Part shown: in pieces, positions 57,751 through 64,000 of the stretch
Layout of the letters: the number at the start of each line of letters is the position of its first letter
How positions within the stretch are numbered: the first letter of the stretch is position 1
NCBI GenBank assembly: GCA_037441285.1
Contig: JBBISL010000004.1
Span: 1 to 64,000 of the forward strand
Origin: a candidate division WOR-3 bacterium
GTDB lineage: Bacteria; Hydrothermota; Tepidihabitantia; Tepidihabitantales; Tepidihabitantaceae
Reading direction: 5' to 3'
Length of the DNA stretch: 64,000 nucleotides
Made by a program: the position numbers and the translations under genes
Notes under the pieces: generated by a model
The model's database searches: none
The model's input: only the letters and a program-made list of their open reading frames with translations
Told to the model about the DNA's origin: nothing

Positions 57751-59031
57751 ATGACCGCTAAAAATCTTTATGAAATTGACCCGGAAATTTTTGACGCGAT
57801 TGTCAAAGAAACCAACCGGCAGCACTCCAATTTAGAATTGATCGCCTCAGAAAATTTCTGTTCCGAGGCGGTGCTCGCGGCTCTCGGTTCGGTTTTGACC
57901 AATAAGTATGCCGAAGGCTATCCTAAAAAACGCTATTACGGCGGCTGCCGTTATGTCGACATCGCCGAAGAGTTAGCAATTCAACGTGCCAAGGAGCTAT
58001 TCGGCTGCGACCATGCCAATGTCCAGCCCCACTCTGGCACTCAGGCGAATATCGCCGCCTATTTAACTCTGGCGCAGCCCGGCGACACTATTATGGGACT
58101 ATCGCTTTCCCACGGTGGCCACCTTTCGCATGGCCACCCCATCAACTTCTCTGGCCGCTATTTTAAAGTTGTCCATTACACCGTTGACCCGAATACCGAA
58201 ATGCTTGACTACGAGGCGATAAGAAAACTGGCGCGGGAACATAAACCCCGCGTCATTGTTAGCGGCGCCTCGGCTTATCCGCGAACCATTCATTTCGACC
58301 GATTCCAGGAAATTTGTGATGAGGTCGGTGCCGCGCAAATTGCCGACATTGCCCACATCGCTGGACCAATTGCCGCGGGGCTTCATCCTTCCCCAATACC
58401 TTATGCGGACATTGTGACAACAACAACCCACAAAACCTTACGCGGTCCCCGCGGGGCAATTATCATGTGCAAGGCAAAGTATGCTGAAGAACTGGACAAA
58501 GTAGTTTTCCCGGGGACCCAAGGCGGACCACTCGAACATTGCATTGCTGCCAAAGCGGTGGCATTCAAAGAAGCGCTGACCCCTGAATTCAAGGAGTACC
58601 AACAACAGACCCTCGCCAATGCTAAAACCTTAGCCGAAGAACTTGCAAAACGGGGATTCCGGCTCTGCACCGGTGGTACCGACAACCATTTAATGCTTGT
58701 CGACCTGCGACCTAAGAACATCAAAGGCCGGGATGCGGAACGGCTTCTCGGGAAAGTGGGCATCACCGTAAACCGCAACACCATTCCCTTTGACCCGGAA
58801 AAACCATTCATTGCCTCGGGTATGCGGCTGGGTACACCCGCCCTTACGACCCGCGGGATGAAGGAACCGGAGATGGTAAGAATTGCTGAACTGATTGACC
58901 GAACTATTACCGCGGGCGACGACGAAGCCAAACTGGAAAAAATCAAAGCCGAAGTAAAAGAACTTGTCGATTCTTTCCCGCTTTATCAGGAACGAAGAGC
59001 CGAATATCAAACTATTATCCCGAAGGAATAA
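57751..59031 (+). CDS. glyA: Serine hydroxymethyltransferase
   Basis: [47 protein letters not shown]. Confidence 0.98.
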   Translation: MTAKNLYEIDPEIFDAIVKETNRQHSNLELIASENFCSEAVLAALGSVLTNKYAEGYPKKRYYGGCRYVDIAEELAIQRAKELFGCDHANVQPHSGTQANIAAYLTLAQPGDTIMGLSLSHGGHLSHGHPINFSGRYFKVVHYTVDPNTEMLDYEAIRKLAREHKPRVIVSGASAYPRTIHFDRFQEICDEVGAAQIADIAHIAGPIAAGLHPSPIPYADIVTTTTHKTLRGPRGAIIMCKAKYAEELDKVVFPGTQGGPLEHCIAAKAVAFKEALTPEFKEYQQQTLANAKTLAEELAKRGFRLCTGGTDNHLMLVDLRPKNIKGRDAERLLGKVGITVNRNTIPFDPEKPFIASGMRLGTPALTTRGMKEPEMVRIAELIDRTITAGDDEAKLEKIKAEVKELVDSFPLYQERRAEYQTIIPKE

Positions 59032-59033
59032 TT

Positions 59034-60314
59034 ATGGCGCGACCAACAATTGCTCGTTTTACCGCCCGGGAAATTCTTGACTCCCGGGGCAATCCCACAC
59101 TTGAAGTTGACTGCATCCTTGCCAACGGAATTATGGGAAGGGCATCGGTTCCATCCGGCGCTTCGGTTGGTTCGTTTGAAGCCCTGGAAATGCGCGACAA
59201 AGACCCGAAGCGCTACCTCGGTAAGGGCGTGCTCAAAGCGATTGCCAACATTCACGATGTTATTTCACCCCGCCTCGTCGGAATGGATGCCACTGACCAG
59301 TTTCAGATTGACCAGATGCTGATTGAACTGGACGGCACCAAGAATAAATCTAAACTCGGTGCCAATGCCATCCTCGGCGTTTCCCTTGCTGTCTGCCGAG
59401 CCGCCGCGGTGTGTGCTGGACTCCCCATCTACCGTTTGCTGGGTGGTGCCGGTACCAGATTTACCCCAACACCGTTTCTGAACATCATCAACGGTGGCCT
59501 GCACGCCCCTAACAATCTTGACTTCCAAGAGTATATGATTGTTCCCGCCGGTTTTCCAACATTCCGCGATGCGATTCGGGCCGCCGCTGAAATCTACCAG
59601 ACGCTAAAGAAAATTCTTGAAGCCAAGAACCTTCCCACAACTGTTGGTGACGAAGGCGGCATGGCACCAAATTTCTCCAGCAACGAAGAACCCCTGCAGA
59701 TAATTATGCAGGCAATTGAGCAGGCTGGCTATATTCCCGGGGAACAGGTTTACCTGGCAATTGATGTTGCCGCCAGCACTATTTACCGTGATGGCGTCTA
59801 TCTGCTTAGCAACCCTGAGAAACGAACCGTCACCGCCAATGAATTGATCGGCCTCTATGCCGAATGGACCGAACGCTACCCGATTATCTCCATCGAAGAC
59901 GGTCTGGCAGAAGAAGACTGGGCAGGCTGGCATGAACTAACCTCCCGACTTGGCAAAAGGGTTCAACTGGTTGGAGATGATATCTTTGTCACCAACATCG
60001 AGCGCCTCCATCGCGGTATCCAGGAAGGTGCTGCCAACGCAGTTCTGGTAAAACCCACCCAGATTGGCACGGTAAGCGAAACCATCGATTGCGTCAAAGT
60101 CGCAATGGAAAATGGCTACCGCGCGATTGTCTCGCACCGCTCGGGTGAAACCGATGACCATTTTATCGCTGACCTCGCCGTAGCGGTTAACTGTGGCCAG
60201 ATTAAAACTGGAGCACCCTGCCGTGGTGAACGAACCGCCAAATACAACCGATTGATTCGAATTGAAGAAGAAGACCGCCTGCCTTACGCTGGTCTTAAAA
60301 CCCTATCACGATGA
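59034..60314 (+). CDS. eno: Enolase
   Basis: DSRGNPT, VPSGAS, GDEGG, SIEDG, VGDD, SHRSGET, KYNRL. Confidence 0.98.
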   Translation: MARPTIARFTAREILDSRGNPTLEVDCILANGIMGRASVPSGASVGSFEALEMRDKDPKRYLGKGVLKAIANIHDVISPRLVGMDATDQFQIDQMLIELDGTKNKSKLGANAILGVSLAVCRAAAVCAGLPIYRLLGGAGTRFTPTPFLNIINGGLHAPNNLDFQEYMIVPAGFPTFRDAIRAAAEIYQTLKKILEAKNLPTTVGDEGGMAPNFSSNEEPLQIIMQAIEQAGYIPGEQVYLAIDVAASTIYRDGVYLLSNPEKRTVTANELIGLYAEWTERYPIISIEDGLAEEDWAGWHELTSRLGKRVQLVGDDIFVTNIERLHRGIQEGAANAVLVKPTQIGTVSETIDCVKVAMENGYRAIVSHRSGETDDHFIADLAVAVNCGQIKTGAPCRGERTAKYNRLIRIEEEDRLPYAGLKTLSR

Positions 60315-60583
60315 GCGGCAAGCGTAAAACCGTGTTGATTTTCGCCGGCGGCTTATTTATCCTGCTCGGCACCATATTTCTTCCTGGACCAAACGGACTG
60401 GTCCGGGTTCTTTTAAGACTGTATCGCATCAAACAGCACCAGCGTGCTCTCGTACGATTAAAGGCAAAAACTGACACCTTAGAACGCAAAATCAAGCTCT
60501 GGCAAAACCCGGATTACGCGGCAAAAATGGCACGCACTCTTCTGGGTCCGGACACCTCCTCCCAATCTGACACGAACAAGTAG
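60311..60583 (+). CDS. Septum formation initiator (FtsB/DivIC-like)
   Basis: TM segment, GPNGL, coiled coil, NPDY..KMAR..L; conserved position after eno. Confidence 0.75.
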   Translation: MSGKRKTVLIFAGGLFILLGTIFLPGPNGLVRVLLRLYRIKQHQRALVRLKAKTDTLERKIKLWQNPDYAAKMARTLLGPDTSSQSDTNK

Positions 60584-60586
60584 TCG

Positions 60587-61360
60587 CTAAACCGGTGGCA
60601 ATAACACCTGAGGCCTTCCAGTAAAGGGATGTTTCGTTACAACCGGTTCCAAACCGTAGGCAGCGTGGATTAAATCCGGGGTCAGAACCTTTTCTGGTAC
60701 ATCGCAAGCGACCGGTTTCCCTTTCGCCAGTAATAGTAACCGTGAGCAAAAAGCGGCTTCATTCAAATCGTGCGACACAAGTACAATTGTTTTTCCCTGG
60801 TTATTTAGTGTTTTCAGGATTTGCAATATCGTCACCTGGTGAACAAGGTCCAGGTGGGCAGTCGCTTCATCGAGTAAAAGAATTTCGGGCTCCTGTGCCA
60901 GCGCCCGGGCAAGGAGTACCCTTTGCTTTTCCCCGGCTGATATTGAGTTGATGTTTTGCCCGGCAAGCATTTGTACCCCGGTCAATCTCATCGCTTCGGC
61001 TGCCTTCTTTAAGTCCTCTGCTCCTGGCCGCTCCAGGAGTTTTAGATATGGGTTGCGCCCCATCATCACCACCTCCTGGACCGTCCATTCAAAAGCAAAA
61101 AAACTCTCCTGTGGCACAAAGGCAATGGTCCGAGCAATCTCTCGCCGAGACAACTGGTTGAGCTCTTTCTCCATCACCTTGACAACGCCCCGCTGTGGTT
61201 TTCGCACGCCGGCAAGCAAACGCAAAAGGGTTGATTTACCTGAACCATTCGGGCCAATGATGCCGAGAAACTCACCCGATTCAATCGCAAGAAAAAACTC
61301 TTCAAAAATCAATGCTTGCGTATAGCCGAAACTTATCTTTTCCGCGGTGATTGCTTTCAT
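60587..61360 (-). CDS. Cobalamin/iron-siderophore ABC ATPase (BtuD/FecE-like)
   Basis: GPNGSGKS, SAGEKQR, LLLDE.TAHLD, SHDLN. Confidence 0.92.
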   Translation of the reverse strand: MKAITAEKISFGYTQALIFEEFFLAIESGEFLGIIGPNGSGKSTLLRLLAGVRKPQRGVVKVMEKELNQLSRREIARTIAFVPQESFFAFEWTVQEVVMMGRNPYLKLLERPGAEDLKKAAEAMRLTGVQMLAGQNINSISAGEKQRVLLARALAQEPEILLLDEATAHLDLVHQVTILQILKTLNNQGKTIVLVSHDLNEAAFCSRLLLLAKGKPVACDVPEKVLTPDLIHAAYGLEPVVTKHPFTGRPQVLLPPV

Positions 61361-62304
61361 ACTTTCGTGCGCAGGAGATACACAAAAAACGGCACACCAA
61401 TCAGCGCCGTTACCACTGATAACGGTAATCCCGCGGGCGTCAACACCCTTACCAGCACATCCGCAAAAAGCAAAACCCCTGCCCCGAGGATAAAAGAACC
61501 GGGCAAAACCTGACTGTGCTTGGGACTAAATAGCATCCTTACCAAATGAGGTACCACCAACCCAATAAAACTTATCGCACCAGTCCAGGCAACAATCAAT
61601 CCAACCGCAACCGACCCGATAAGAAAAACCATTTTCGTCATTCGCTGCACCTCAACACCTAAACTCAGTGCCGTCTCTTCGTTCAGGGAAATGATATCCA
61701 GCTCTCGGCTGTGAATCACCAACCAGATACATCCCGCTAATGCAAAACTGGCGGATAGGATAAAAAGCCCCAATGACTTTCGGGTAAAAACCACCCCCAA
61801 ACTTCCCATCATCAGGTAAACCGCTTCGCCCAGAGACCGGTGGGCGATAACCATCACCAGCATCACTAAACTGGAAAAGAAAAAACTAACAATAACTCCT
61901 GCTAAAACCAGTCGGATAACAGTTAAACCACCCCGGCTTCGAGAAAGCACATAGACCACGCCAATCGCCAGAATTGCTCCCGAGAAAGCAAAAATCGGCA
62001 AAAGTATACTGGACCCGGTACCAGAAACGAGGGCAAAAGTCGCGCCCAGCGCGGCGCCGCTGGCGACACCAAGCGTCCAGGGGTCAACAAGTGGATTACG
62101 GAGAAGTCCTTGAAACGCGCCCCCCACAACCGCAAGCACCCCACCCGCAATAATCCCAACTAAAACGCGGGGCAATCGAAAAAGTAGAATCTGATTGAAT
62201 TGCCTAAAAGAAAAACCGCCGGGTCCGGTCAAAATTGAGAGCACAACACTTAAAATCAATAAAAGAACTATGCCAATCCAGTTCAATCGTGCCTTGGAGC
62301 GCAT
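61357..62304 (-). CDS. Cobalamin/iron ABC permease (BtuC/FecCD-like)
   Basis: RLPR, QGLLRNPL.DP..LGV..GA, FIGLVVPH. Confidence 0.92.
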   Translation of the reverse strand: MRSKARLNWIGIVLLLILSVVLSILTGPGGFSFRQFNQILLFRLPRVLVGIIAGGVLAVVGGAFQGLLRNPLVDPWTLGVASGAALGATFALVSGTGSSILLPIFAFSGAILAIGVVYVLSRSRGGLTVIRLVLAGVIVSFFFSSLVMLVMVIAHRSLGEAVYLMMGSLGVVFTRKSLGLFILSASFALAGCIWLVIHSRELDIISLNEETALSLGVEVQRMTKMVFLIGSVAVGLIVAWTGAISFIGLVVPHLVRMLFSPKHSQVLPGSFILGAGVLLFADVLVRVLTPAGLPLSVVTALIGVPFFVYLLRTKV

Positions 62305-63146
62305 CAGTGAAATTTATCCGGATGTAGCAATCGAGCAAGCAAAACTATTCCATCAACTACCCTGGGACCGGGACGGAAAAAAAGGTCTTCATCCAGACCG
62401 GAATATACTCTGCCTGAACATACCGCCTTTATGCTCGACCAGCCTATCCGCTGTTTAATCTCCCCCTCACTCACTAACGGATGAAGCAACAGGATAACAT
62501 CCGGATTTGCCTTTGCCACCAATTCCGGGTCAACAACCGGATAAGGTGTATTGAAATCTTCAAACACATTTTGCCCGCCGGCGCGGTGAATGATGTCGTT
62601 GATAAATGCACCCTTACCGACACTCATCAATGGCGCAACCGAAATTTCCACATAAACCTTCGGTTTATCCGAAAAGGTCGGCAGCGAATCCAGCCGCCGA
62701 CGCAAATCTGACACCAATCTCCTTGCCTCTTCGGTTCGGCCCAGTATGACGCCTACCGACTCAATTTCGGCAAAGACCCCTTCAATGTCTTGGGGATGAG
62801 ATACATATACCGGTATCCTTAACTCTCTCAACCGCTCAATAAGTTGCCGGTGCATCGGTACAGTAGTAAAAACAATATCGGGCTTCAACGCTAAAATTCG
62901 CTCAATGTCGGGCGATTGAAAATCACCCACTTTAATTTTCTCTCTCGCTCGCAACGGGAAATCACACTGATTTGTTGTACCAGAGAGCATTTCCTCTGCT
63001 CCTATGGCATAAATTATTTCCGTAATACTGGGCACAAGCGAAACACAGCGCAATTTCTTCTCGGTTGTTAAGCTACGTTTCCGAGAACCACAACTAACCA
63101 CTGTCAGCAAAAAAAGGAGTAGAATGCAATGGAAAAATACTCGCAA
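62304..63146 (-). CDS. Cobalamin-binding lipoprotein (BtuF-like)
   Basis: Lipobox VVSC, VSLVPSITE, CDFP, ERILALKPD, RPGPR; start placed at TTG 63146 after GAGGT. Confidence 0.88.
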   Translation of the reverse strand: MRVFFHCILLLFLLTVVSCGSRKRSLTTEKKLRCVSLVPSITEIIYAIGAEEMLSGTTNQCDFPLRAREKIKVGDFQSPDIERILALKPDIVFTTVPMHRQLIERLRELRIPVYVSHPQDIEGVFAEIESVGVILGRTEEARRLVSDLRRRLDSLPTFSDKPKVYVEISVAPLMSVGKGAFINDIIHRAGGQNVFEDFNTPYPVVDPELVAKANPDVILLLHPLVSEGEIKQRIGWSSIKAVCSGRVYSGLDEDLFFRPGPRVVDGIVLLARLLHPDKFH

Positions 63147-63183
63147 ACTGACACCTCGAAACGAGTTTTCTACTATTATTATC

Positions 63184-63981
63184 TCACACCTCACCTGTCG
63201 CATTTTCTTCTTCCGGGATTGTGGCTTTATGGGCGAACACAAGATAAGCAGTATGGGCGACCATTCTATCTACCGGCCTAATTCCGGTCTCACGTAAAAA
63301 CAATCCCCGTTCCAGAATCTCTTTTGCTCGAATTCGAACAAATCCTTCTGCACCCAGTGCCGTATTTAACCGCCGCAACTGTTCCACAGTTGGAACCAGA
63401 GCAGCCAGAGCATAACCGTTTTTCAAAGACTCTCTTGATGGTTTGACCAGCGTCCAAGGTTCGGGCACATCAAGGAAAACCGCGTCAACTTCCTTTTGTT
63501 GAAATCCCTTCTCGGCCGGGTCTGAAACAAAAAACTCACAAATTCCTTGAAGCCCGTAACGCAGGACATTCTCCCGGGCAAGAGCGCTAAATTCTGGTCT
63601 TCGTTCGTATGAATAAACTCGACCCTGAGGGCCTACAAAAGTAGCGAGAACTACCGTCAGCCCCCCGGAGCCAGAACCAACTTCAATCACCTGCGCGCCC
63701 GGAAATACCAGTGTTTGCAAAAGCATAAAACCGGTGTCTTTGGGATAAACGACCGTAGTTTTTCTTTTGACCTTTAATAACAGGTCAGCGAGGGTCGGCT
63801 TCAAAATATAAAATCGCGTGCCCATTTGTGTTTCTACCCAATCACCGTACTGTTTTCCCACAATATCTTTGAACTCGATATTTCCGCGATGGGTAGAAAA
63901 CTTCCCCTTTTCCTCAACTCTAATAAGAAATTTCATATCCTCGGAATGGTAAAGCAAAATAAAATCACCGATTTTAATCAT
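63184..63981 (-). CDS. trmI: tRNA (adenine58-N1)-methyltransferase
   Basis: R.T..VYPKD, EVGSGSG, YERR.EF, FLDVPEPW, RP..RMVAHT.YL. Confidence 0.93.
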   Translation of the reverse strand: MIKIGDFILLYHSEDMKFLIRVEEKGKFSTHRGNIEFKDIVGKQYGDWVETQMGTRFYILKPTLADLLLKVKRKTTVVYPKDTGFMLLQTLVFPGAQVIEVGSGSGGLTVVLATFVGPQGRVYSYERRPEFSALARENVLRYGLQGICEFFVSDPAEKGFQQKEVDAVFLDVPEPWTLVKPSRESLKNGYALAALVPTVEQLRRLNTALGAEGFVRIRAKEILERGLFLRETGIRPVDRMVAHTAYLVFAHKATIPEEENATGEV

Positions 63982-64000
63982 TGACTGATTGTAAAACTTT

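Noticed and set aside
63100..63242. Cobalamin riboswitch upstream of the BtuF-like gene
   Set aside because: Only about 37 bp separate trmI and the likely start, and no B12-box motifs are visible.
1..64000. CRISPR arrays, IS elements, prophage, rRNA
   Set aside because: No regularly spaced nucleotide repeats, transposases, phage genes or rRNA motifs seen; the repeats present are protein-level (FG-GAP, SBBP, BNR).

Overview
64-kb bacterial chromosomal segment. Gene content and style suggest an anaerobe of or near the FCB group, plausibly candidate division WOR-3; this is inference, not a database result. It is mostly compact housekeeping DNA: xseAB, hbd, purQ, dat, birA-coaX-NYN-tsaB, xerC, uvsE, rnfCDGEAB, folK-dNK-panBC, csp, nnr, gyrA, glyA-eno-ftsB, a BtuFCD-type ABC importer, trmI and tRNA-Gln(CTG). 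It also carries type IX secretion-like parts (PorV, a PorU-like C25 peptidase) and several secreted proteins with T9SS-like C-terminal domains. The standout locus is 24.5-30 kb. A canonical 8/5 tRNA-Sec (selC) sits between a secreted SBBP-type propeller gene and a porin gene. Divergent from them is a secreted BNR/Asp-box beta-propeller gene interrupted by one in-frame TGA (EGSG-U-GNAE), preceded by a Cys cluster and followed by a SECIS-like hairpin, making it a candidate novel exported selenoprotein. Other signals: promoters with a recurring 16-bp -35/-10 spacer, many apparently leaderless mRNAs, an uncalled 55-aa ORF, a possible ATC start for MarR and a decayed operon next to xerC.
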